Notes: generated by a model not told the origin, from the letters alone. A stretch of DNA of 64,000 nucleotides from Acidimicrobiales bacterium (GCA_035525495.1 DATLED010000042.1:11038-75037), one strand, 5' to 3'; positions 26,567-35,317 are shown, counted from the first letter of the stretch. Translations and numbers: made by a program.

Positions 26567-29470
26567 TCAGATCAGCTCGAGGACGAGCGCTTCGGCCAAG
26601 GCGAGCGCACCCTCGAGGTCGAGCGCCGCACCACGAGCCCGAGCCGCAGCGACCGCATCGCGTCCAAGCGCCGTCTCCAGCTCGTCCACCCGGACGTCGA
26701 TCCACGCGAGGTCAGCCGGGTCGAGTGGGCTCGCCTCGGGACGGAGCTTTTCCTCCGCGCCGACCAGCTCGGCGGCGCGCGCGATCCCGCGGCCGGCAGC
26801 GACGGCGGCCACGGCGAAGAGGGCGAGCGACCGGAGCACGGGGTTCTCACGCGGCGCGACCGCGCGGAGGAGATCGCTCACGGCGCGCGTCGCCTCGCCG
26901 GTATCGCCCTCCCCGTCGGCGAGCGCCGCGAGGTTGAACAACGCCGTGGCACTCCCGTCCAGGAGGTCGAGCTTGTGGAACGCCTCGTGGGCCGCACGGT
27001 TCTCTTCCTTCGCGCGCGTGCGGTCGCCCAGCGCGAGCGAGGCGTTGGCCACGGCGACGTGCGCCGTGGCCTGCCCGAGGAGGTCGGTCATCTGGCGCGC
27101 CAGCGACAGCCGTTCCTCGGCGAAGGCGAGGGCCGCGGCGGCGTCGCCGCGGTAGAGGGCGATCATGCTCAGGCCCGTGAGGGAGATGGCGCGGAGCTGG
27201 GGCACGCCGATGTCGCCGGCGGCAGCTGCGCGTCCCTCGGACAGCGCGGCCTCGGCGTCGTCGATGCGTCCGGCTCGGAGCAGCGCGCTCCCGAGGTTGA
27301 CCAGCCCCTGTATCCACACGACGGTTCGACCGTTGGCGCGCGCGACGTCGATGACATCCTCCAGGCCGGCGATGGCGCTCGCCGCATCGCCGCGCGCCAG
27401 GGCCCGCTGGGCCATCCGCGAGCGCACCATCAGCGCGAGCGTGCTCTCGGGTCGGCCGGCCAGACGCAACGCCTCCCCGAGCGGGTCGGCGCCATCGACC
27501 GGGACCTCGGTGGGAGGTGAGAGCGTCAGCAGCGCGAGGACGCGCGCGTTGCTCTCGGCGTCGGGATCAACGAGGACGTTCTGTGCGAGCTCCCTCGCGG
27601 TTGCCAGGTCGCCCAGAAGGACGCAGTGCTGGGCGAGGGTGGCGACAGCTGCCGCTCGCTGCGGGCCCGGCGGCGCCGCGTCGACGGCGGCTTGGAGTCG
27701 GGACACGGCTTCGGACCACAGCCCGGTCGCTTCGAACCACGGCGAGATCAGGGCCGTCAGCTCGGCGGCGTCGCCGGCGCGTTCGTCGTCAGCGAAGGGG
27801 ACGGTCGTCGCTTCCCGCAGGTCCGGGATGAGGTTGTCCATCTCCAGGCGTAGGACCTCGTCGGTCACGTCCACCAGCCCCCGAATGTGCGCTCGCAGCC
27901 AACGCCGCTTGACATCGAGGAGATCGCCCACGGATGTTCCGTCGAGGTCGACGCGCGCCTCGACGTAGGCGCGGATGGTGTCGAACATGCGCAGGCGTGG
28001 CGGGTCCTCGTCGTCGAGGGAGACGAGTGACCGGTCGACGAGCCGCTGCAGGGCGGCCTCGGCGACGGACTCCTCGCCCCCGTAGACGGTGATGGCGTCG
28101 CGGGTCTTCCAGCGCCCTCGAAGCGTGGCCAGACGGCGCAGGAGCTGCTGCTCGCTCTGGTCGAGCAGCGAGACGGTCCACTCGACCATCCCCTCGAGCG
28201 TCCGGTGCCGCGGGAGAGCCGTCCGCCACCCGTTCGTCAGGAGTTCGAACCGGTCGTCGAGACCGTCGAGGGTCGCGTCGAGCCCGAGCTCCGCGATCCG
28301 CCCGGCGGCGAGCTCGAGGGCGAGGGGGATCCCGTCGAGGCGTTGTGCGATCGTCGTCAGCGCAGTGGTCGCGGCGGCGCCGGGGTCGACGTCGGCGCCC
28401 CTCATCGACGCCCGATGGACGAGGAGGCGAACGGCGTCGGGCTCGGGCAGGGGCGCGACGTTCACGACCCGCTCCTCTCGCGCTCGGACGAGCTCCGTCG
28501 TCGTCACGAGGACGCTGCAGCCGGGGCACGTGCGCACGATCTCCTCCACGAGCTCGGCGACGGGGTCGAGGACCCGCTCGGCGCTGTCGAGGATCAGGAG
28601 CCTCAGACCAGATCGGAGCGTCGCCAGGAGGACCTCGTCGAGCCGACGCCCGGGGACGTTGGCGACACCGACGGCCGCGGCGACGGTGGCCATCACGAGC
28701 GCAGGATCGCCGACGGGCGAGAGCTCGGCGAGATGGAGCCCGTCCGGAAACGAGGCCGCCATCGACGCCGCCGCTTCGAGGGCGAGGCGCGTCTTGCCGA
28801 CGCCGCCGGGTCCGTGGAGCGTCACGAACGGGTGTGACCCGAGGAGCTCGCGGAGTGCACGTAGCTCCTCGTCGCGGCCGACCATGCTCGAGCGGGGGAG
28901 CGGGAGACCGTGGTCCTCGCGCGTCGCCCGCAGCGGCGGGAACCCGTCCGCCATCCCCGGGGCGACCAGCTGCAGGAGCTCGACGGGACCGTCGAAGTCG
29001 CGCAGTCGGTGCGGTCCGAGGTGGACGAGGCGCACGTCCGCGGGAGGCTCGACGGCTCGAACGACCGCGTCGGTGACCACGACCTGCCCGCCGTGGGCCG
29101 CTGCGGTGACCCGGGCTGCCTGGTGGGCGGCGAGGGAGGAGTAGTCGCCGTCGTAGCGGCGGGTTCCGGGTCCCCGATGAAGCCCCATCCGGACGCGGAG
29201 GGAGACCGGCCACGCCTCTGCGCCGAGGGCCTGTTGCGCGCTGACGACGAAGCGCAGCGCACCCTCGGGATCGTCGAAGGTCACGAAGAACCCGTCGCCC
29301 TCGGTCTTGATCTCTTGTCCGCCGGCGGCGCGAAGCGCCCGGCGGATCAAGTCACGGTGGCGCTCCAGGAGCTCGTCGTAGCGCGCTTCGCCGATCCGAC
29401 GGAGGATGTCCGTCGAGCCGGCGATGTCGGTGAAGCAGAAGGTGGTGTCGCGCGCCGCCACGCGGGACAC
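26567..29470 (-). CDS. Class III adenylate/guanylate cyclase fused to a STAND-type AAA ATPase and TPR repeats
   Basis: Cyclase motifs FCFTDIAGSTDIL and EIKTEGDGFFVTFD; Walker A LHGPGGVGKTRLAL; Walker B LLILDSAE. The C-terminal ~450 aa is Ala/Leu-rich and TPR-like. No C-terminal HTH is visible. Confidence 0.85.
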   Translation of the reverse strand: MSRVAARDTTFCFTDIAGSTDILRRIGEARYDELLERHRDLIRRALRAAGGQEIKTEGDGFFVTFDDPEGALRFVVSAQQALGAEAWPVSLRVRMGLHRGPGTRRYDGDYSSLAAHQAARVTAAAHGGQVVVTDAVVRAVEPPADVRLVHLGPHRLRDFDGPVELLQLVAPGMADGFPPLRATREDHGLPLPRSSMVGRDEELRALRELLGSHPFVTLHGPGGVGKTRLALEAAASMAASFPDGLHLAELSPVGDPALVMATVAAAVGVANVPGRRLDEVLLATLRSGLRLLILDSAERVLDPVAELVEEIVRTCPGCSVLVTTTELVRAREERVVNVAPLPEPDAVRLLVHRASMRGADVDPGAAATTALTTIAQRLDGIPLALELAAGRIAELGLDATLDGLDDRFELLTNGWRTALPRHRTLEGMVEWTVSLLDQSEQQLLRRLATLRGRWKTRDAITVYGGEESVAEAALQRLVDRSLVSLDDEDPPRLRMFDTIRAYVEARVDLDGTSVGDLLDVKRRWLRAHIRGLVDVTDEVLRLEMDNLIPDLREATTVPFADDERAGDAAELTALISPWFEATGLWSEAVSRLQAAVDAAPPGPQRAAAVATLAQHCVLLGDLATARELAQNVLVDPDAESNARVLALLTLSPPTEVPVDGADPLGEALRLAGRPESTLALMVRSRMAQRALARGDAASAIAGLEDVIDVARANGRTVVWIQGLVNLGSALLRAGRIDDAEAALSEGRAAAAGDIGVPQLRAISLTGLSMIALYRGDAAAALAFAEERLSLARQMTDLLGQATAHVAVANASLALGDRTRAKEENRAAHEAFHKLDLLDGSATALFNLAALADGEGDTGEATRAVSDLLRAVAPRENPVLRSLALFAVAAVAAGRGIARAAELVGAEEKLRPEASPLDPADLAWIDVRVDELETALGRDAVAAARARGAALDLEGALALAEALVLELI

Positions 29471-29524
29471 TTTCGCACCTTTGCCGGTGGCGGGCCGCTG
29501 CTGAAGTGGCCGCAGGTTGTGGTC

Positions 29525-30145
29525 CTACTTGGTCTTGCGGATCGCCTTCGTCGTCTCGAGCGCCGCGTCCAGGTCGAGGACCTGCTCCTCGGCGGCGACG
29601 GCCTTGCGCTGCTCGGCGAGAACCCGCTGCTCGGCGGCGATGCGGGTCTTGGCGGCTTCGCGCTCCTGCTTGGTGAGCTGCTTCTGCTGCGCTGACTCGA
29701 TCTTGCGGGAGGCCTCGGCCTGCCTGCGGGCCTTGCCGTCGGCATCTCGCTTCTTGCGAGCCTTCTCCTGCGCAAGCGCCGCCTCCCGCTCATCGGCCTG
29801 CTGCTCGATGCGCTTCTTGGCCGCCTCGTCGGCGTTGACGCGGTCGCGGTACTGGGCATCGGCCTCGGCCCGCTTGGCGGCGGCCGTCGCCTCGAGCTCC
29901 GCTGCCTTCTTCAGCTGGGCGACCTTGGCCCGGACGAGCCGGCCCTGCTGCAGGAGCTCCTCGTCCTTGAGGGCGTTGCCCATGAACTGCAGGACTTCGG
30001 CCTCGAGGGACTCGAACGCCAGCGTCGGCGCCCAGTCCTCGGTGTTGGTCTTGTTGAACACCTGCTCGGCGGCGCTCAGCGGGAGGCGCGCGGCCTGGAG
30101 ATAGGTGCGGACGATGGTGCGGGGGAACGTCTGGAGGTTCGGCAT
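29525..30145 (-). CDS. Coiled-coil, Lys/Glu/Ala/Gln-rich protein (206 aa), paralogous to the adjacent CsbD-like protein
   Basis: ATG at 30145 within track ORF 29525..30610. The product is MPNLQTFPRTIV...GNALKDEELLQQGRLVRAKV, followed by about 140 aa of charged heptad-like sequence. Confidence 0.65.
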   Translation of the reverse strand: MPNLQTFPRTIVRTYLQAARLPLSAAEQVFNKTNTEDWAPTLAFESLEAEVLQFMGNALKDEELLQQGRLVRAKVAQLKKAAELEATAAAKRAEADAQYRDRVNADEAAKKRIEQQADEREAALAQEKARKKRDADGKARRQAEASRKIESAQQKQLTKQEREAAKTRIAAEQRVLAEQRKAVAAEEQVLDLDAALETTKAIRKTK

Positions 30146-30170
30146 GGGGTTCGTGCTCTCTTTCGTTTCG

Positions 30171-30677
30171 TCAGGACGACGGCGCGTCGGCGGCGCGGTC
30201 GAGGGCTTCGGCGGCGGCGCGGGCCTGGGCGGCCTGCCGCTCGATCTGGTCGGCGTCACGAAGGTCGGCGATGCGCTCCTGGGCGGCGCGGGCCTCGTCA
30301 CGAGCGACGGCCGAGGCTGCGGCCTCCTCTTGGCGCTCGACGGCAGCCGCCTTCTGGGCGTGCTCCCGCTCGATGCGCGCGGCCTCGGTGGCCCGCTCGC
30401 GTTCGAGGCGCTCTTCGCGGGCCTCGGCCGACTCTTCGGCCGCCAGCTTCTGGCGCTCGACGGCGAGCTCCTTCTCCTTGGTGGCGAGCTCGGCGCGGGT
30501 GCGCTCGGTCTCGGCCTCGGCCTCCAGGCGGACGGCCTCCTTGGCGGCGTCGGCCTTGGCCTCGTGCAGTCGGCCTTCCTGCTGCAGCAGCTCGTCTCCG
30601 ACCACGGCACCGGCCACCTGCTTGGCCTTGCCCTTCAGTCGCTCGACGAAGCCACCGTCGTTGGTCGTGTTCGACAC
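30171..30677 (-). CDS. CsbD-like general stress protein with a long coiled-coil extension
   Basis: The GTG at 30677 is preceded by GAGGAGGAG. The N-terminus FVERLKGKAKQVAGAVVGDELLQQEGRLHEAKADA matches the CsbD motif. About 120 aa of E/A/R-rich coiled coil follow. Confidence 0.75.
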   Translation of the reverse strand: MSNTTNDGGFVERLKGKAKQVAGAVVGDELLQQEGRLHEAKADAAKEAVRLEAEAETERTRAELATKEKELAVERQKLAAEESAEAREERLERERATEAARIEREHAQKAAAVERQEEAAASAVARDEARAAQERIADLRDADQIERQAAQARAAAEALDRAADAPSS

Positions 30678-30714
30678 GGAACTCCTCCTCGGGGGATTCG
30701 ACTCGACCTCCTCC

Positions 30715-30739
30715 TACCCCGCTGCTCGCAATAGCAAGC
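30715..30739 (-). promoter_or_regulatory. Candidate SigB/SigF-type promoter (GCTT-N16-GGGTA) upstream of the CsbD-like gene, overlapping a 7-bp inverted repeat
   Basis: The minus strand reads GCTT(30739-30736)-16 nt-GGGTA(30719-30715), 38 nt upstream of the GTG. The actinobacterial SigF/SigB-type consensus is G(T)TT-N15-17-GGGTA. The inverted repeat AAGCATG-ttg-CATGCTT (30736-30752) includes the putative -35. Confidence 0.3.
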
Positions 30740-30802
30740 ATGTTGCATGCTTCTGACTGTGCACTGGGGCTGAAGCCAACGGGCGGTCTCCCCAAGCGGA
30801 GG

Positions 30803-31018
30803 TCAGCTGTGCCCCTGGCCCTCGGCCCGGGGCACGTTGTGCGGGTCGGGCTCGGCACCTGCGGACTGCTCGTCGAAGCGCTCCTCGGCCTCGGCGAGGT
30901 CGCCGCCGGACTGCTCGACGAGCGCATCCGCCAGCTCCATGTCCTTGTTGACCTCCTGGCCCATCCAGTCGTTCACGGTGCTGTTGTCGGGTTCGATGTG
31001 CGGGTCGTTGTTCGGCAT
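30803..31018 (-). CDS. Small acidic hypothetical protein (71 aa)
   Basis: Track ORF with ATG start, 9 nt downstream of the GHMP kinase stop. Composition is acidic and non-Arg-rich (MPNNDPHIEPDNSTVNDWMGQEVNKDMELADALVEQSGGDLAEAEERFDEQ), unlike shadow ORFs. Confidence 0.45.
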   Translation of the reverse strand: MPNNDPHIEPDNSTVNDWMGQEVNKDMELADALVEQSGGDLAEAEERFDEQSAGAEPDPHNVPRAEGQGHS

Positions 31019-31027
31019 GGGCTGGGC

Positions 31028-32077
31028 CTACCCCGTGCCGCCCGACGGCGACACCCGGAGGCCGTCGACATCGATGGTCGTGGGGATCACCACGAACGAC
31101 CGGCCCACCGCCATGACGGCCCCGACGACGTCTTCGCATGACGTCGGACCCGGCCCGCACAGGATCGTCACCGAGCCGCCCTCTCCGCCGGCGCCATTGA
31201 CCTTCCAACCGCTCGCGCCCGCGGCCGACGCCGCCTCGAACAACCGCCGGACCTCCCCACTCACGAGTCCGTCGTGCAGCCGTCGTTGCGCCTCGGTGTT
31301 GGCGACGAGCGCTGCGCCGTAGGCCTCGAGGTCGCCGGCGGACAGCGCAGCCGCGCCGGCAAGAGCCGCCGCCCGCAACGGCTCGAGCTGCCGGTCGACG
31401 ACCGACGCATCCGCCCCCGTCAGCGACGCGATCACTGCTTCGTGCATGGCCGACGACACGTGCGGGCGGCCGAGGAACACGAGCAGGAGCCGCCGCTCGA
31501 GCTCGGTCCGCACCTCGTCCTCGAGGGGTATCGGCGTCACGACCGCCTCGGGGTACGACGTCATGTCGATCCGGTTGACGCCGCCATGGGCCGACGCCAG
31601 CTGGTCCTGGATGCCGCACTGCCGGCCGAGCCGGAGCGTCTCGATGCGATGCGCCGTGGCGGCGACCGCAGCCGGGTCGGGCGACTTGCCGCCTCGTCGC
31701 AGGGCTTCGAGGGCACCGACGAGGGCGACGGTCACCGCCGCGGAGGTTCCCGTCGACGCACCCGCCGGCACGGTGCTGGCGACGGTGACGGTGACGTCGC
31801 GCCCTGGCGGCACGCCGACCTCGTCGATCGCCGCCTCCAGCAACGGGTGCGTTCCGCGCCCCGACCGCAGCGAATACCGGTTCCCGAAGTTCGACGCGAC
31901 CACGGTGACGTCGTCGCCCCGGCCTCCCATCTCGACCGTGACCCGCGCCCCCGGCTGGACGGCGACGCTGCACACCACGCCGTGGCTGGAGAACCACGTG
32001 TCCGTCCACCCACCCAGATCCGCGATGCGGACCGGGGCGACCGCGGTCACGGCCTCAGGTACCGACAAGGGGCCCAT
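31028..32077 (-). CDS. GHMP-family sugar kinase (HddA/fucokinase-like)
   Basis: IADLGGWTDTWF near the N-terminus and GHMP motif II VASTVPAGASTGTSAAVTVALVGAL, with C-terminal GWKVNGAGGEGGS. Confidence 0.8.
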   Translation of the reverse strand: MGPLSVPEAVTAVAPVRIADLGGWTDTWFSSHGVVCSVAVQPGARVTVEMGGRGDDVTVVASNFGNRYSLRSGRGTHPLLEAAIDEVGVPPGRDVTVTVASTVPAGASTGTSAAVTVALVGALEALRRGGKSPDPAAVAATAHRIETLRLGRQCGIQDQLASAHGGVNRIDMTSYPEAVVTPIPLEDEVRTELERRLLLVFLGRPHVSSAMHEAVIASLTGADASVVDRQLEPLRAAALAGAAALSAGDLEAYGAALVANTEAQRRLHDGLVSGEVRRLFEAASAAGASGWKVNGAGGEGGSVTILCGPGPTSCEDVVGAVMAVGRSFVVIPTTIDVDGLRVSPSGGTG

Positions 32078-32101
32078 CCTGCACCTCGAGGGGCGCGCCC
32101 T

Positions 32102-32254
32102 CTAGCCCACCCTGCCCACGACGCCTACCAGCAGCCACAGCGTGAACGAGGTGGCGATGGCAGCGGCCACCCAAGCGATGGCGAGGACGGAGATGAACGT
32201 CAGGTCGACCTCGCGCAGGCGTTCGGGCCGCGGGCGAACGGGCGCGGCGGTCAC
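32102..32254 (-). CDS. Tiny single-pass membrane protein (50 aa) coupled to the WhiB gene
   Basis: The GTG at 32254 overlaps the WhiB stop (GTGA). The product is VTAAPVRPRPERLREVDLTFISVLAIAWVAAAIATSFTLWLLVGVVGRVG, with one clear TM helix. Confidence 0.35.
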   Translation of the reverse strand: MTAAPVRPRPERLREVDLTFISVLAIAWVAAAIATSFTLWLLVGVVGRVG

Positions 32255-32496
32255 GCGGCGGCGGTGCGCCCCTGGCGGCGGCGGATCCGCTTGCGCTCGG
32301 TCTCGGTGTGGCCGCCCCAGACGCCGTCGACCTGACGAGTGCGGAGGGCGAAGTCGAGGCACTGGACGCGAACAGGGCACACCGAGCACACGGCCAGCGC
32401 GGGCCCGCTGTCGGACTCGGAGTCCGGGAAGAAGAGGTTGGTGTCGAGGTCCCGGCAGGCGGCGTCGGTCTTCCAGTCCAGGTTTCGAGTCGGCAC
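32251..32496 (-). CDS. WhiB-family (Wbl) iron-sulfur transcriptional regulator
   Basis: 81 aa with four Cys in the Wbl pattern (AACRD...AVCSVCPVRVQC), the G(V/I)WGG turn (GVWGG), and a basic C-terminus (KRIRRRQGR). Confidence 0.9.
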   Translation of the reverse strand: MPTRNLDWKTDAACRDLDTNLFFPDSESDSGPALAVCSVCPVRVQCLDFALRTRQVDGVWGGHTETERKRIRRRQGRTAAA

Positions 32497-32857
32497 TGCC
32501 GTTTCCTTCCTGGCAGCCCGTCGGGGGGAGACGTCCTGCCTGAGCCATGATCCAACCGCGGCGGCATCTGCGCCATTCCCGCAGGCGGCGGCGTCGAATC
32601 GCGTGGACCCGGCCGAATCAGAAAGTGCTCAAGATATCACTGTCCGTGGTCGAAGGGTTCGTACCGGATCCGCTCGCGGGTCCGGTGGGAAGCGTTGATC
32701 CGGGCCGTCCTCACCGACCCCTCCTGCCAGGAGGGAACACGGAGACAAAGCGGTCGCCTAGAGGGCCCGGGGAGTGAGTGGCGAGACCGACCCGACCAGC
32801 ATGAGGCGACGGGAAGTTCCCGAAGCCCCCTCTACTTGGACGGGAGCGATTCATCCA

Positions 32858-34033
32858 ATGCATCACCACCGCAACACACGACGTGTCATCACCTTCGGGC
32901 TCGGTATTGCCTTGGGTCTCTCGCTCCTCACCGGTTCCGCCTCGGCAACGACGGCGCAGGCGGACAAGGGGCGGGGCAACCAGGGCCAGACCTCGTCCAC
33001 CAAGGACTGTGATGGCACCCATCACAGCAAGACCGGACATGGAGCCAACACCAGTGGGGCCTACGACAACACCTGCGACGGTTCGCCGTCGCTCAACGGT
33101 GGTGGCGGCGGCGACGCGGGTGGCAAGCCCTGTGCCGGGTGCGTCGGCAACGCCGACGACAAGAACCCTCCGGGGCAGTACCCGGACGGTCCGACCGACC
33201 ACAACAACGGCTATGAGTGCGACCAGAAGGGTCGGAGCGAGAACGAAGGCAACAACGGCGTTGGCTTCGGCAACCCTGCGCACACCGGCTGCACCCCGCA
33301 GGACACCAGCGGCGAGCAGCCTGAGCCGTCGGCCTGCCCGGCCGAGGGAACGGCGGCGATGACCGCCCACTCCTACGTCGTGGACGGCAAGACCGTCTCG
33401 GATCTCACCGGCAAGGTCGACGTGGGCGACCATGTGGTGGCGAACTTCACCGTCGCCGCTGACTGTGCCGTCCTGCCCGTCACCCTCGTCTCGTACAAGG
33501 GCGCCGGCGCCACCAGGACCGTGTTCGACACCGATGGCGGTACCTTCGCCGACGGCCCGCACGACCTGAACGTCGACATCCCCGCCTGCGCCTTCGAGGT
33601 CGAGTTCCTCGTCGGCGGCGTGGTGATCGACACCGATCACGGCATGAACCCGTCGTGTGACGAGCCGGTCATCCCGCAGACGCCCGCTCCCAAGGCGGAC
33701 GTCGAGGCGGCCGCACTGTCCGCATCGCCCGCAGTACCCGCAACGCCCGCAGTTCCCGCCGTGGCGGCTTCGGCCGACGCCGCTCCGGAGGTCCTCGCGG
33801 CCGCCGAAGCGGTACCTGCGGCTCCCGCGGTCCCCGGTCACCCGACCGAGGTCCTGGGCGTGCAGATCGAGCGTGGCGCTCCCAGCGCCGGGCTCGCCCG
33901 CACGGGTCTCACCCTGCTCCCCCTCGTCGCCCTCGGGACGGCGCTGTGCCTCGTCGGCATGGCGATGTCCTCCGGTCGTCGCCGCGGGCAGCAGGAGTTC
34001 GTCGCCATCGCCGATCGGCTGTCCGGCTTCTGA
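32858..34033 (+). CDS. Sortase-anchored (LAxTG) surface protein with a Cys-rich N-terminal region
   Basis: The start at ATG 32858 gives the signal peptide MHHHRNTRRVITFGLGIALGLSLLTGSASATTAQA. C-terminal sorting signal: LARTG, hydrophobic LTLLPLVALGTALCLVGMAM, then RRRG. The N-terminal region contains KPCAGCVGNADDKNPPGQ...NNGYECD...NPAHTGC. Confidence 0.8.
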   Translation: MHHHRNTRRVITFGLGIALGLSLLTGSASATTAQADKGRGNQGQTSSTKDCDGTHHSKTGHGANTSGAYDNTCDGSPSLNGGGGGDAGGKPCAGCVGNADDKNPPGQYPDGPTDHNNGYECDQKGRSENEGNNGVGFGNPAHTGCTPQDTSGEQPEPSACPAEGTAAMTAHSYVVDGKTVSDLTGKVDVGDHVVANFTVAADCAVLPVTLVSYKGAGATRTVFDTDGGTFADGPHDLNVDIPACAFEVEFLVGGVVIDTDHGMNPSCDEPVIPQTPAPKADVEAAALSASPAVPATPAVPAVAASADAAPEVLAAAEAVPAAPAVPGHPTEVLGVQIERGAPSAGLARTGLTLLPLVALGTALCLVGMAMSSGRRRGQQEFVAIADRLSGF

Positions 34034-34048
34034 CGACGCGCATCGAGT

Positions 34049-34076
34049 GCTCGGGGGCCCTTCGCGGCCCCCGAGC
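34049..34076 (+). terminator. Strong stem-loop (intrinsic-terminator-like) after the surface protein gene
   Basis: GCTCGGGGGCC-cttcgc-GGCCCCCGAGC forms an 11-bp perfect stem starting 16 nt after the stop codon. The trailing sequence CGCTTGGTG has only a weak T-tract. Confidence 0.55.
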
Positions 34077-34145
34077 CGCTTGGTGCCGACTCCGCTGCTG
34101 AAGGCCCCCTTCGTCGTACTGGCCCCGTCCGTCATACTGGAAGGT

Positions 34146-34913
34146 GTGGCAGAGGCGGTGACAGGACCGGCTTCCGCGGGCGCAGCCGCAGAACTTCGAC
34201 GCAAGTTCGAGGCCTTTGCCGAGTCGCGGGACGAGCGCCTGCGGGCGGAGCTGACCGAGGCCTACCTCCCGCTGGCGGCGTCGCTGGCCTCCCGCTACGC
34301 AGGACGGGCCGAGCTCGACGACCTGGAGCAGGCGGCCAGCCTCGCCCTCGTCAAGGCGGTCGACCGCTTCGACCCCTCGAAGGGCTTCGAGTTCACGACC
34401 TTCGCGTGGGCGACGATCTCCGGTGAGCTCAAGCGCCACCTCCGCGATCGGTCGTGGGGGCTGCGTGTGCCGAGGCGGGTGCAGGAGCGGTTCCTCGTGA
34501 CCGCCCGCGCCGCCGAGGACCTCCACCAGCAACTCGGACGTCCGCCAACCGTCCACGAGCTGTCGGCGACGACAGGCCTCGACGAGGAAGCGACGATCGA
34601 GGCCCTCGAGGTCCGGTCGCTGCACCGCCTGCCGTCCCTCGACGCGCCGATGCAGGGCGGCGACGGCGAGGCCATGGAGCACGGCTCGCCCGATGAGGCC
34701 TACGACAAGTTCGACGATCGCGATCTCGTCCAGCGACTCGTCGAGCGGCTGGGGGAGCGAGAGCGAGAGCTGCTCCGCCTGCGCTTCGACGAACAGCTGA
34801 CGCAGTCCGAGATCGCGGGTCGCATCGGCGTGTCGCAGATGCACGTGTCCCGGCTGCTGAGCTCGACGCTCGACCAGCTCCGCCGTCTCGCCGCGGAGCC
34901 CTCGCCGGTCTGA
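34146..34913 (+). CDS. RNA polymerase sigma factor, SigB/SigF/SigG (group 3, partner-switching-regulated) type
   Basis: Region 2: DLEQAASLALVKAVDRFDPSKGFEFTTFAWATISGELKRHLRD. Region 3: ...LSATTGLDEEATIEAL. Region 4.2: LTQSEIAGRIGVSQMHVSRLL. The start is uncertain (GTG 34146 or 34158). Confidence 0.85.
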   Translation: MAEAVTGPASAGAAAELRRKFEAFAESRDERLRAELTEAYLPLAASLASRYAGRAELDDLEQAASLALVKAVDRFDPSKGFEFTTFAWATISGELKRHLRDRSWGLRVPRRVQERFLVTARAAEDLHQQLGRPPTVHELSATTGLDEEATIEALEVRSLHRLPSLDAPMQGGDGEAMEHGSPDEAYDKFDDRDLVQRLVERLGERERELLRLRFDEQLTQSEIAGRIGVSQMHVSRLLSSTLDQLRRLAAEPSPV

Positions 34914-34914
34914 C

Positions 34915-35280
34915 GTGGTGGAGGCCTTGCACCTGCCGGCGTCACCGTCGAGCCCGCGCCGTGCTCGCCAGTTCGTCGACGAGGTCCTCCACCGCTGGCA
35001 CCGTGACGGCGCCATCGACCGATTGGCGCTGATCGCCAGCGAGCTCGTGACCAACGCCGTCCGCCACGCGCAGACCGAGATCACGATCGAGCTGTCGGCC
35101 GAGGACGGCGCGCTGCACCTCGAGGTGTTCGACCGCGGCGCAGGGCAACCGGTCTTCAAGGACGACGATCCGGAGGTGCCGGGCGGGCTGGGGCTCCCGA
35201 TCGTCGAGGCGCTGGCGACGTCGTGGGGGATGCGTCTGCGGGAGGGCGGCAAGGGCGTGTGGGCCGAGGTGCGCGGCTGA
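34915..35280 (+). CDS. Anti-sigma factor, RsbW/SpoIIAB-like HATPase serine kinase
   Basis: GTG start 1 nt after the sigma stop. N-box SELVTNAVRHA, G1 FDRGAG, G2 GGLGLPIVEALA. 121 aa. Confidence 0.75.
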   Translation: MVEALHLPASPSSPRRARQFVDEVLHRWHRDGAIDRLALIASELVTNAVRHAQTEITIELSAEDGALHLEVFDRGAGQPVFKDDDPEVPGGLGLPIVEALATSWGMRLREGGKGVWAEVRG

Positions 35281-35317
35281 CCATCCCCCGTTCCGGCGGG
35301 GCGCGCTGGTGCAATGG

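Noticed and set aside
25478-27520. 680-aa plus-strand ORF antisense to the histidine phosphatase and cyclase genes
   Set aside because: Shadow ORF. No motifs, and a low-complexity Arg/Glu/Gly composition.
32547-32777. 76-aa ORF in the WhiB/surface-protein intergenic region
   Set aside because: It is an Arg/Pro-rich junk-like sequence with no Shine-Dalgarno sequence. The region is more plausibly a divergent promoter and 5'-UTR region.
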